NCBI RefSeq assembly: GCF_009914755.1
Contig: NC_060931.1
Direction: 5' to 3' (one strand)
DNA from: the human T2T-CHM13v2.0 reference genome, Homo sapiens
Length of the DNA: 64,000 nucleotides
Shown here: positions 14,320-28,249 of the stretch, piece after piece
Layout of the letters: each line of letters starts with the position of its first letter
How positions within the stretch are numbered: position 1 is the first letter of the stretch
Program-made: the position numbers and the translations under genes
Notes under the pieces: generated by a model
Seen by the model: only the letters and a program-made list of their open reading frames with translations
Databases searched by the model: none
Told to the model about the DNA's origin: nothing

Positions 14320-14994
14320 ACATTTTTTAAAAAAAATTTTCAATAACTTTAGAGGTATAAGTGTTTTTGCTTACATGGATGAATTGTATAGCGAGTAGTG
14401 AAGTTTAGGATTTTAGTGTACCCTTTACCCAAATAGTGCACATTGCACCCAACAGGTAGTTTTTCATCCTTCACCTCCCTTCCGCCCTGCCTGCTTCTGA
14501 GTCTGCAATGTCTAGTGTACCACTCTGTACACCTTTGTGTTCCCGTGGGTTAACTCCCACTTATAAGTGAGAACTTGTGGTATTTGGTTTTCTGTTCCTG
14601 AGTTACTTCACTAAGGATAATGGCCTCCATTTCCAATGAAGTTGCTGCAAAAGACATTATTTTGTTCTTTATGACTGAGTAGTATTCTATGATGTATATA
14701 TAGCACATTTTCTTTATCCACTCATTAATTGATAGGGACTTAGGTTGATTCCATATCTTTACAACTGTGAATTGTGCTGCAATAAACATATGCATGCAGG
14801 TGTGTTTTTTATGTAATGACTTATTTTCCTTCGGGTAGATACCCAGGATAGTGGGATTGCTGGGTCTTATGGTATATCTGCTTTTAGTTCTTTGAGAGAT
14901 CTTCATATTGTTTTCCATAGAAGTCGTACTAATTTATATTCCCACCAGCAGAGTACAAGTGTTCCCTTTTCACCACATCTGTGCCGATATCTAT
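14320..14994 (-). mobile_element. Nested 5'-truncated L1PB-type element
   Basis: 13-bp TSD tcttttatccatt at 14307-14319 and 14995-15007; ORF 14550..14918 is the L1 ORF2 C-terminus. Confidence 0.85.
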
Positions 14995-15087
14995 TCTTTT
15001 ATCCATTTTGGATTGATTTTTGTGTATAGTGTAAGATGAACCCAATTTCCTTCTTTAGCTTGTGGGAATTCTGTTTTTCTGTCACCC

Positions 15088-15212
15088 TTTTTTTTTGAGA
15101 TGGGGTCTCACTATGTTGCCCAGGTTGGCCATGAACTCCTGAGGTCATGTGATCCTCCTTCCTCAGCCTCCTGAGTAGCTAGGACTACAGGCATGTGCCA
15201 CTGTGCCTGGCT
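15088..15212 (-). mobile_element. Alu monomer (FLAM-like)
   Basis: ttttgagatggggtctcactatgttgcccagg...gtgcctggc, about 125 bp. Confidence 0.8.
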
Positions 15213-15712
15213 CCAGCAACAGTTGTTGAAGAGACTGTTCTTTATTTACTTATTGTATCCTCTTGGTGCTGTTGGTAGACTGTATTAATTTGGGTTTATT
15301 TCTTAGCTCTTTATTCTGTTCCTCTGGCCTATGTGTCTTTTTTTTTTTTTTTTTGCCAGGACCATATTGTTTTGATTGCTATGGCTTTGTAATATAATTT
15401 TAAGTCAGAGAGTGTGGTGCCTCCAACTTTGTTTTTCATTCTCAGAATTTTTTTTAGCTATTTGGTTCCATATAAACTTTTATGGTTCCATATAAACTTT
15501 GGGATTTTTTTCCTATTTCTGTGAAGAGTGTCATTTGGATTTTGGACCCTTTATTTTTAAAACTATTTTAAAGAAGTAGGTAATTTAGATGCTTGGGAAA
15601 TCCGAATTAGAGTATCCTTCAAAAGAAATAGACAGGAATGACTTTTTGAATTAGAATTCTTTGTTTTCAGGGTTTGATTTATAATTGAAACATAAGAGTT
15701 TCTTTCTCTACA

Positions 15713-15900
15713 TCAGGGTTTTACTACCCTTGACGCTGTTGACATTTTGGTCTAGGTAATTCTTTGTTGTGGAGGATGTCCTATATGCCATTATGGGATA
15801 AATAGAAGCATCACTGGCCTCTACCCACTAGATGCCAGTAGTACCCCTCTGCTCCCCCATCCAGTGTGACAACCACTGGGGGACAAAATCACCCCTACTG
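15713..15900. mobile_element. MER20 (hAT-Charlie)
   Basis: ttgacattttgg...taattctttgttgtgg...ctggcctctacccactagatgccagtag...gggacaaaatcaccc. Confidence 0.8.
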
Positions 15901-17764
15901 CTCAACATTATAGGATGAATATTAACAAAAATTAAGGACTGCATTGCAAGTATAACTTATACTCCTCTTTTCTTCTCTTGTTACAACTGTTAGATCTGAA
16001 TTAGAATTTAATATATGTCCCTTTTGAACAAACCATGAGAAGTCATAAATTAATGGATTAGTTCTTTGGTACTATTATACATTTTATTTTGAGGAAGTGA
16101 CTATTATAGCAATACCAATCTTTCTGATTTAGTTATCATAGTCAGATGTTTTAATTCTTGCTCTAAAGTTATATCATTTTAAAAATTATACAGGTAATCT
16201 ATTAATAATTTTAAGAAAATTTGGAAAAATGCAGAAACTTATTAAGAAGAAAATTAAAATCACCTTTAATACTAAAGTTTAGATATAAATAGAAATACAT
16301 GTACTTTTAAGTCAAGTACTGTTGAAAAATGTAGTGTGGTTTTGGTGAACACTTAGAGACTTTGTAGATTGTAATTAAATCCTCCCTTCCTGGGTTAAAA
16401 TGGTAAACTGTGATTTTAAACAGTTCTTCATTTTTTTTAAGAAAATAAAGATGCTAGAGCTCATCATTATTTTTACTTCCTTAGGTTTGTCTGAATTGTA
16501 TAAATAATTGTGATAACATGTACAAGGATATCTCTGAGATAAAAAGGGTTGTTTATGAATGAATTATCCATTTGTGAGATTAATACTAACTTCCTCATAT
16601 GTGTGTAAAGTAACTTCTTACATAACACATTAAACCTTTCAACTGTTCATGTATAATATATGGCCTAGGTGTATGTGCTTGTATATGTGTGTGTATATAT
16701 CTATATGTATGTGTATCTGTTTCTAATTTTATAAACAATAAAATCTAGGTTTGAACAGAAGCCATAGTCTTTGCTATATAATTGAAACAACATGTGTTTT
16801 GGTGTAGGCAAATTTAAGGAAAGTCGTAACTCTCAAACAATTCATCTGTTTAGAAAATGGTTTCAGGACTTTATATGTTAAACCCATAATTCTATTACAA
16901 TTGTTGAGTTTTGTAACAAGAAGCATTTGTTCTTTGACTTAAGCCTTTAGCAGAGTTTAACAATTAGAAATTTCTCAGAATGATGCATGCTATCTATTGA
17001 AGAAATAGGGGGGGTTGAGAAATGAGCCATTCCTGGAAAGCTGAAGTAATCTTCAAGGTTAGATCTGAATCTTGGCACCCATTGTTTGGGTGGCTATTGG
17101 TGATGCGAAAGTGTTAATTTATTTTTGTTTTTATTCTCTCTTTTTGTTTTGTTTTTGTTTTTTCTCTTTTTGTTTGGTTTTTATTTTCTCTTAGAATGTA
17201 CCATTGCAATTTTGAATGATTTCAAGGAGTTAATAAAATGTCACAAGGTCACAAAAAGTTTTTTTATAAACTACAAATAATCTGTCTAGTATCATTTTAC
17301 CTAGAAGAGGGAAGCTTTTCATTATTAACTTTTTGCTGAGTTTATTTTTGGAATCATTAGAGGTTTATTGACAAATAGCTGATTTTATTTTGTGTGATAC
17401 TTATTAAAGGATATGAACTTTCTATAAGGAGGAAGGACATTGTATTTCATACACTATGTTTTCTGTCATATCAAGCATTTTTTTTCTTATAAAAGCTACT
17501 GGTATCGTATAACTGGCATCCCAAAATAAGAAGACAGTAATCAGCTGTTCAGCTATCATAGATGAAGAGTGTATTTGATTTAAGAAGGAAAAATCAAACA
17601 ACTGCTGATGCTATATCTTTTTGTTGTGTTAAAGATGTCTTTTGATAAAGGCTTTTAACTTTGAAATTTCTATTTCTTTCCAAAAGCTAAGAAAAACAAA
17701 CCTTTTTTTGACTATAGGTTATATGACTGGGACTGTGCCAGGTGCCAGCACGTGCTTCTATTTA

Positions 17765-18224
17765 CAGTAGTCCCCTCATATCCACAGTTTCACTTTCCGT
17801 GGTTTGAGTTACCTGAGGTCAGCTGTAGCCCAGAAATATTAAATTGAAAAATCCAGAAATAAACAATTCGTAAGTTTTAAATTGCTCTTCATTCTGGCTG
17901 ATGTCTGTCCCACCCAGGATGCAAACCATCTTTTTGTCCCACATATCCACCCTGTAGACACTAATCTCCTGTTTGTCACTTAGTAGCCTTCTCAATGATC
18001 ACATCGACTGTGGTGGTGATCACAGTGTTTGTGTTCAATTAACCCTAATTTTACTGAATAATGGCCCCAAAGTGCAAGATTACTATGTCTAATTTATAAA
18101 TTAATCTTTATCATATGTATGTATGTATAGGAAAAAACAGTGTGTGTATAGGGTTTGGTACTAAGGTTTCAGGCATCCACTGGGGGTCTTGGAATGTATT
18201 CTCTGTGGATAGGGGAGACTGCTA
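17765..18224. mobile_element. MER44 (Tigger7-derived) DNA transposon
   Basis: TA|cagtagtcccctcatatcc ... ggataggggagactgcta|TA terminal inverted repeats. Confidence 0.8.
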
Positions 18225-18229
18225 TAATT

Positions 18230-18530
18230 TTTTCCCCCAGCTATTGAGGTATAGTTGACAATTAAAAATTGTATATTTTTAAGGTTTACAACTTGATGAT
18301 TTGATATATGCATGCATTATAAAATATTCACCACAATCAAGCAATTAACGTTCCATTACCTCATATAGTTAGCATTTTTTCCTTCCCTTCCTATTTTTGT
18401 GAGAGTATTTAAGATTTACCCTCTTAGCAACTATGTACAATACAATATTTTTAAATATATTCACATTGTTTTACATTAGATCTTCAGAAGCTATTCATCT
18501 TGCATAGCTGAAACTTTGTCCCCCTTGAAA
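18230..18530 (-). mobile_element. L1MA 3' fragment
   Basis: tattgaggtatagttgacaattaaaaattgtata...gctgaaactttgtcccc. Confidence 0.7.
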
Positions 18531-18534
18531 TCTA

Positions 18535-18690
18535 TTTATCATCTATCATATATAGATATCTATCTATATATCTATATCTTTTTATCTATCTCCATCCCTC
18601 CATCTATCCACACACACACACACACATACATTTATATACATGCACATATATGTATATGTGTGTATATATGAATATTTGAATATATACAGA
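18535..18690. repeat. Compound (TCTA)/(CA)/(TA) simple repeat
   Basis: Seen directly in sequence. Confidence 0.8.
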
Positions 18691-19897
18691 CACGGGTAAA
18701 AACATCTGAACATTTTAAGGTTTGAATGGCATAATGGCAGTCTCAAGGGAATGGAGAAAAAGTTCTTGGGAAATACTGATTTTTTTCAACATTCATTGTT
18801 TCATCATAGAAATTTGTTTGAATGGAAGGTAGTAAAAGTAGTGGTTTTATAATATAATCATTTTTTCTCCTTTAATTTGGCATTGATGATATATTTTGGT
18901 TTTGAATTTAATATGTGACAAGTATATTTTAGCATTTTATTGGAGGAAGTGCTTACTGACTTTTAAATGTGAAAATGCCATTAAGTAAGGGATTCTATTG
19001 GTTATCTGAGGACATGGACCCAAAGAAAGAATATGTTTAATGATTTTTAGGAGTGAGAATTTTGCATTTGGTAGCATTGAATAGTTTAAGTGGCATCATT
19101 TATGTTTACACATGAAAATATATATTCTTCTATTCCCCTTCCTCTTTCTTTTTTTATGACAGGATTCAGATCTGAGGTCTTTTGAAAGTCCACCTGACAT
19201 AGGTCATGAAGGACTTGCCTTTTTCTTGAGCAGGAGGTGGCAATCTTAGCATATTTACTTCTAATTAAAACCAGAATCCAATGTTTTACTAGGGAATTTA
19301 TTACTACTTTTAAGCAATGAGAATTTTGAACTTGGGAGTAGAGTTTTCTTTTATAAACCTTATAGTACATTTGGGCCTCAGAATTAAAAAAAGCTGTTGA
19401 CTGCCCATTGTGCACTAAAAAGGCTAAAAGTCATCATGTTAGTAGTTTTGTGGCATTCTTTTTCATTATAGTGCTTGTTTTATGGGTTTTATAAAGATGC
19501 ATTAAAATGTAGCAGCTTCTGTTGGAATAACATTAAATTAAGTTTGTGCCTTTACTGGCCACTTTTTTGTCCTTGACAAAATCAACTGGACTTTTAAAGT
19601 GATCCACATGACTGAAGATGGAAATATGTATGCACTAAAGATTCAAAGTCACTGAGGTAGTGGATACATATACCAGAAGTGAAGGGGAAAAGTAGAGTTG
19701 ATTCCAGACTCTTAATCACCTTTACCAGAAATGCTTGTTTATTTTCTCCCAAATTTTATATATTTTTAAAATTATGTAAACAATCTTTTTACTTTTCACT
19801 TTGTCTGACAAGAAACTGGCTTAGCATTTATTTATTCTTGACTTTAGATATATAGCTCTTTTTGAGTAACGAAAATGAAAGTAATGAAACTACTTTA

Positions 19898-20273
<376 letters not shown>

Positions 20274-20549
20274 TTAAATGAATACAAAACAATTACGACT
20301 GTGGATGTTGTTAAATTTTATGACTAATTGTGATTGCTAATTCAGAATTTTATATATTTATTTATATACACATACATACTTTAAACAAAATGGGTTATAC
20401 TGTCCATTATAAGCTTTTCCCCTTACAATATACTATGCCTGTCTTTCTATGGCAATATATATAAATCTACCTCATCATTTAAAAAATACATAATTTATAA
20501 ATATTTATACAACACATTATAATATGTGCTAGTAGGATTGTTATTGTTT

Positions 20550-20817
20550 TTAATGTATTTTAATTGACAATTTTATATATTAATGGGGTACAATGTAATA
20601 TTTTGATCTATGTATACATTGTAGAAAGATTAAATGAAGCTAATTAACATATCCTTCACCTTATCAACTTATTTTTTTTGTGTGGTGAGAACATTAAAAA
20701 TCTGTTCTTTTAGCAATTTTGAAATATACATTACATTATTATTAACTGTGGTCACTGCGCAGTACAATAGATCATTAAAACTTACTCCTCCAGTCTAATT
20801 GAAACTTTGTACCCTTT
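20550..20817 (-). mobile_element. L1MA 3' fragment within older L1M sequence
   Basis: ttttaattgacaa...aagctaattaacatatcc...gaaactttgtaccc. Confidence 0.7.
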
Positions 20818-22104
20818 TACCTCATCATTTTTAATGACGTACAATTTGTGTTTTACACATGCATACACATTATAATTAATTTAATCAGTCATCTGTTGAT
20901 GTATATCTAATGCTTTCAATAGTTTTTATATTTATAAATCATTGAACTTATTTGTAATTCTTTATATATTAAAAATATAAAATGAATACATTTTTATTAA
21001 ACCAAAACTGAAAAGTTCCTTTTCATTTCCCTTCTGCAGATGAAATCTCACTCTTGTGCCAAGGTAAATAAAATAGTGAGCAACCTTGCAGTTGGATACA
21101 ATGTTCAATGCGTTTATAAACATATTTGGTTCTGTTTTATGTTGTTTTACATAAATGAGGTCACTCTGTATATTAGCTTGTAACTTCCTCATTTCAGTTA
21201 CACGGACATCTTTTCATGTCCAAACACACAGACTTTTGTTCTTCTTTGAGCTATGTACAATTCTATATTTGGATATTTCATTATTTAGTCATTGAGATTG
21301 CTTCTAAAATTTCAATTATGGACAGTGTGTTTTTGCAGTGGCTCACTCTGCCTTAGTATATGCCTTTACAGTAAAGCCCATGGGTGTGTATCCTCTTGAT
21401 CTGTCTGTGACATACATTTTAGCATTTACATTTAATTTCACTTAAGAGTAGTGGTATGTGTTGATCTTGTGGTGGAAAATAGAGGCAGTTGGCTAAATAT
21501 TCTAGAAAGTTTGCAGAGAGCTTGATCAAATAAGCTCAGAGGAAGAGGTTCCTCACTTCAGGATTACCACATTCATCTAGTACCTTCTTCAACAACCATT
21601 TAAATTAACCTTCTCACTGAAAGCCCATTTGGCTAATGGAAGATTTTCACTGACTTTTCACTCTATGAAAATAAATTGATAAAGATTCAGGAGTTATCAG
21701 CTCTAGGTATGCTTCTCAGTAATGGATGCTTATTCAAACTTTTACTCTTGTGACAATCAAGATCAGTAGAAGTCTGGTTTTTTGATGGTTCAGATGACAA
21801 ATTTCAGTGGATAGAAATTGTGTCAACTGCTTTCTGATGAGGTGAAAGCCTGCTCTTTCTGTCCTCTCTTCTCTTCCTCTCCTCCCTCATCCTCAAGAAT
21901 AGAGAGCCATTTCATATACAGTGGACATTGTTTGCTCCATTAAATAACAATAGTCTTTTCAGACTGACTGCTTATTATCTAAGTGCTTTTGGAAAGAGGG
22001 ATATAAATCCGCCAATATTTAGGTCACCATTTTTGCTAAAAGTCTTCTAACACATTTGCCTTCTTGCCAAGGTTCAATATACATGTTTGAACATGTGATT
22101 TTAA

Positions 22105-22503
<399 letters not shown>

Positions 22504-23327
22504 CTTGTTTTTATTTTAACTTAAGTAACATGCTCATTGTAGAAAACTTCATATGAAGTTTGCATTAAGAGGGAAAAAGTATTTTCTATTTTTGCCACTG
22601 AGAGCTTTAACCAAATGAGTATTTTAGGATTTTTTTTAGCCTTTTTACTGTGAATTTATATGCAGTAAAAGTGGATTCATATTGTATTTATTAATTTAAA
22701 GTCCTTTTCTCACTTAAAAATATTGTGAGCATTTCCCCAAGTCAATAATTATTCTATTGCAATATAAATCTAAATGGTCGTAAAGAATTCTGTGGTATAC
22801 CCCTATTAGTGGAATTGTTTCTAATATTTTGCTTAAAAAATACTGTGGTTATAAATTACCAGTATTTGAATCTCCATGAGTGTTCATTTCTGATATTTCT
22901 TTAGAATCAAATCCCAGGACTGGATAATTGGGACAAAAAGCTTTTGACGCATACTTTAAATTGTCTTATGTCACAGAGATGGGCTTAATTTATGTTTTCA
23001 TTAGCTGTGTGTAATATCTGTGCCAATACCAGGTAGTATCATTTTTTGAAAGTTTTTAAAAGTTCCTAATCTTCATCAGGCAAAAGTGACATCTTCTTAT
23101 ATTTGCATAATTTATAATAATAATAAAAAATATATTGGGGACTTACTTGGTGCTACTACCTACGACTACGCTAAGGATTTAAACTAAACTTTCTCATTTA
23201 ATCCTTAAAACAACCCTGTAAAATAGGTGATCATTCTCCTTTTAGGCATGAGAAAATTTAAGATTTGCAAGATTAAGCAATCTGCCCATGAACACACAGC
23301 CTATGAGTGGTGGGTTATCTTTTTAAC

Positions 23328-23490
<163 letters not shown>

Positions 23491-23636
23491 TAATCATACA
23501 GATGTTTTAATTTTTTATGATATCAAATATTTTAATCTTTTGTTATGGCTTCTGATCTTTGTATTCTCATTAAGACCTTTCCTATACTAACATTCTAAAA
23601 TATTTAATGTCTTTTCTTAAATTTATTTTTAGATAT

Positions 23637-23917
23637 GGACTAGGCATGGTGGCCCACATCTATAATCCCAGTGCTTTGGTTGTCTGAGGCAGGTGGATTG
23701 CTTGAGGCCAGGAATTCAAGACCAGCCTGAGCAATGTAGACCCCATCTCTAAAAAAATATAAAAAATTAGCCAGGCATGGTGGTGCTGCACACCTGTAGT
23801 CTCAGCTGCTTCAGAGGCTGAGGTAGGAGGATCCCATGAGTCCAGGAGTTTGAGGCTGCAGTGATTGTGCCACCGTACTCCAGTCTGGGTGACAGAGCAA
23901 GACCCTGTCTTAAAAAA
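23637..23917 (+). mobile_element. AluJ
   Basis: ggattgcttgaggccagga and caggagtttgaggctgcagtg J-type motifs. Confidence 0.85.
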
Positions 23918-24170
23918 GTATTTTTTAAAGATTTGGTTTACAGTAGGGCTCCAGTTTTCCCCCCAAACATTTATCCAGTTGTCCAGGCACCTTTTATGAA
24001 TATTCTTTTCTCATATGCTAAATTCCCATAGTCATTAATTTGTTTTTAGACTATTTATTTCCTTTGACTTATTTGTCTGTAGTTTATCTATAATGAATGC
24101 CATACCATATAAAAATATTAATGTACAGTATGTTTTGCTGTGTAGGAGGGCTAATCATTCTTCATTGTTC

Positions 24171-24460
24171 TTTTTTTTTTTTTTTGAGACAGGATCTTGC
24201 TATGTCACCCATAGTGGAGTGCAGTGCCATGATCATGGCTCACTGTAGTTTTGACGTCCTGGGCTCAACTGATCCTCGCACCTTAGCTTCCTGAGTAGCT
24301 GGGACAACAGGCAGGCGCCACCATGCCTGGCTAATTTTTTTATTTTGTAGAGATGAGGTCTTGCTGTGTTTCCCAGGATGGCCTTGAACTTGGCTCAAGC
24401 AATTCTCCCACCTTGACCTCCTAAAGTTCTGGGATTACAGGCGTGTGCCACTGGGCCCAC
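24171..24460 (-). mobile_element. AluJ
   Basis: gatcatggctcactgtag...cctgggctcaa. Confidence 0.85.
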
Positions 24461-25149
24461 CCATTGTTCTTCAAAAAATTTCTATGTTATTTTTGCTCCT
24501 TTTCACTTCCCCCTTGAACTTTAAAAGATAGTTTATTGAGTTCCATGAAAAAAATTGTTTTAGAATATTATTTGGCATTGCATTAAATCTATAAATTATT
24601 GTAATGCATAACTGGCATGTTTGTGATACAATTTTTCCCATCCAGGAACACAGTATATCTTATTTATTTAGATATTCTTTTATGTCTTTCAGTAAAAAAA
24701 TTTTACGTTTTACCTGTATTAGTTTTTTGGTTGGTTAGATCTTCTCTGTCTCTTTCCTTCCCACCCCACTTGCTCACTTCCTTCTTTTCTTCCATTTATG
24801 TGCCAGCACCCTGGTAGGCACTATGGATACAAAATCGAGGTCTGTGGCTTCTTTAAGTTTGGGGAGGGAGATAAACATTAAGTAGATAATGATTAAGTAG
24901 ATAGCAATAGGTGTCAAATCACAACCATTACGAGGGAAAAGATACCATGTTAATAAGGGTGTATCTTAGGGGTATATTACTTAATTTGACCTTACTTAAT
25001 GTAGCCTTCCTGAGCAAGTCAAGATCTCGAAGTTGACCTAGCGTTAGTGTGTTAGGAACCTAATTGCTTGGTGGCTATTGTGAATGAAATCTTTGTTTTA
25101 TTACTTTAAAACATTTTTTGGAGGGGAGGGCAAGGAGAAGACTAGGTAG

Positions 25150-26520
25150 GCAAAGCTATGTTGATAGTTATTTTTCCTACACAATATATAACATTCCACT
25201 CTACTCTGGCTTCCATTGATAGAAAGAAGTTAGGTTTCAGTCTTTTTCTATTTGCTTTTGAGACATTCTCTGTGCTTCTGCAGTTTCTTATCAGGTATCT
25301 AAGGGATGATTTATTTTTATTTATCCCACTTGGGATTTATTGGACTTAAAACTGGATTAGCATTGGTGACTTTCAACAGTTCTGGATAATTCTCAGCCAT
25401 TATTTCTTTGAATGTTGCTTTTTCCATATTTTCTCTATTATGTACCTGTGAAAATCCAGTTAGATATAAGTTAGACAATCTTATGCTATTCTTTATGTCT
25501 CTTAACTTCACATGTATTTTCCATTCATCTCTAGTATTTTGATGCATCTTGGATTTTTTTAGATTTATTTGTTTTGCTTTCTAAATCACTGCTATTTAGT
25601 TACAAATTCTTATTAAAACTGCTCTTAGAGTTTTGTTAACTTTGTTCACTCTTAATTATTATATTTTTTATTTCTCAAATTTCTGTTCTTTTAAAAATTT
25701 CGCTTGGTCATTGATAAGGTCTCTTAATCATTTTTAATACCTGCTTTTATTTCCTTAAACAGAAAGTGTAATATTTTTATATTTTCTGTCAATTTCAGTA
25801 CACGAAGTCTTTGCAGTTTTCATCTCATTCTCTATTATTTTTGCTGTTTCTTGGTCATGTTACCTTCAATTTTTTGTGTATTGTAACTTTGACTTTGAGG
25901 TCATATTCTTTTGAACATTATCAATGGGAATGATTGGTGTCTTTCTTCAAAGATTTGAGTAATCTTTTGTCAGATGTTTGGTGGTACTTCCAACCCAGTA
26001 TCACTTTATACTAAAATCACAGACTGAGGTTTCTTGGGTCGTCCAATAGAATGAATTTAGTCTGCAAACCCACATTAAAATCAGTTTGGGGTTTATGAAT
26101 TCCTAGGATAGATTTTTTTTTCCTTCATCTGGTTCCAGGTTTTGAGATGTGTACTTTATTTTGCTTTCTCCTGGGCTTGAGGGGGAATGCTATTTACAAG
26201 TTCTCCTTACAGTAGAGGTAGAGCTCTTTGTGGTCTTTGCTTTGTACTGGGGAGATAAAGTCAATATGAGGATCTACTAGATTCTCCACAAAAGGTGGTC
26301 CACAAGTTTTTTCTCCTTTACTGTATCTCATTTGAGAGCAGGAAAACTGAAGCTTATGGTTGTCTGATTTAGGAAAATGCCCAACAGCTCTTTTTACCTT
26401 TATGGGGTTCACACTTTTACTTAGTTTTTAGCTTCTAAATTTTATTTACTTTTTTTTTGCAGCATATTGATGTACTTAAAAGTACTGCTTTGAACAAACA
26501 TTTTATACAGTAATTTTAGT
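25150..26520 (-). mobile_element. Ancient L1M/HAL1-type fragment including an ORF1 relic
   Basis: Minus ORF 25317..25547 LRDIK..IRLSNLYLTG...FKEIMAENYPELLK matches the L1 ORF1p RRM motif; boundaries approximate. Confidence 0.65.
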
Positions 26521-26814
26521 CTGAGAATCAGGGTCTTATATGCTATTCTCCTCCTCTACTTGTCCCCTACTTATTGTTTGATTTTATTTACATTTGCAAG
26601 CAATTAACAAAGAATTCAGCATCAAGTTTTGTCTGCTAAAGTGAAATATTTAACATTTTATATTTAAATTAGATGTTACTTATAAGCATATAAAATGCTA
26701 TGGTAATGATAGACCATGTTAAATTTGGAATCAGAAAGGAATTTAGAAATTATGTCATTAGGTACCTACACTATGCATAACATTCAGTTGGAGAAACAGT
26801 AGGAAGGTTAGAAG

Positions 26815-27000
26815 ACGTAGTGTTGAGTTCTGGCCCTGCTACTTACCAGCTGTGTGTCCTTTAATAAATCATTTGAACTTTCTTGAGCCTTAGGTCTCTC
26901 CACAGTAAATGAGGACAATAATTCTTGACGTTCCCAAGTTATAGAATAGTTGGATGTGCTAATAATGTATGGACCACGTTGTAAATGGCTATTACTGTTA
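26815..27000. mobile_element. MIR
   Basis: ctggccctgctacttaccagctgtgtgtcc...gagccttaggtctctcc. Confidence 0.7.
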
Positions 27001-27851
27001 ATTCGGAAGTCTTTCATTTGGTTCTGTTAATTTCATTGGACTTCTGTTAGAAAAGGTCATCAATGTATTCATAGATTGCTACCGTTGTTCCTCAAACCCT
27101 CTTAAAACCTGTCTCAATTCTTTAGCCTTCCTTGTTTAATTTCCTCCTTGTATGACATTGGAGCTCAGTTAACTTTTAGAGCATAGAGCAGAAACCAAGA
27201 ATTTTGAAAGCTGATTTAGAAATATCTATTGGAATACACAAGGAGTGTTACATAGTTACACATGTCCTTCACATTCATATCTGATGCAGCTGAATTCCTG
27301 TTTTAAGGCATAAAATAAAGCCAGTCTTTGATAGAGAATAGTAAAAGCCTATGCAGTATCCAATTAATATTGGGAAGATTTTTAATGGGATCGTACTGCC
27401 TACTTGTCAGCAGAGGGAGCCTTTGTCTCACTTTTTGATTCCAGAACTCTTAGAGTAGTGAGATTTTAACAAGTCAGAATATTTATGGAAAATGTCTGTT
27501 TCCTCACCTAGGCCTGAATAGGAACCAGTTTTTCTTTTGTTCCTGGAAGAGAAAAACTTTTTGTGTTTGTTTTCTGAGTTCTTTATAATAGTTGTTCCCA
27601 AGTTCCTTAAAAATGGTTAATGCTGAGTTGTAACAGAGGTTCTCAATTACTATCCTATGTTAAAGTTTTGGATGGTCTTAAGATAATGGACGAAAAAGAG
27701 CTAATGTAAGTAAGTTAAAGCTAAAATTTATTCAGTTAGAGGACTACACTTAGTGATGACATTTTTTACTTCCTACTTATTTGTATTAGTATTGTCTTTT
27801 AAGAGAATATTGGTGATTATAATCTATTTCTTTAAAAAATTTCCTGACTGG

Positions 27852-28249
<398 letters not shown>

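Larger units (their letters stand above)
12960..15545 (-). mobile_element. L1MA-type element interrupted by a younger L1 and an Alu monomer
   Basis: Antisense L1 3'UTR/ORF2; minus ORF 13365..13664 has [14 protein letters not shown] and WIKKLWYI motifs. Confidence 0.8.

Noticed and set aside
19130-19245. Strong polypyrimidine tract plus CAG at 19160-19162 as a cryptic exon
   Set aside because: No convincing donor nearby (only GTCATG and GTGGCA).
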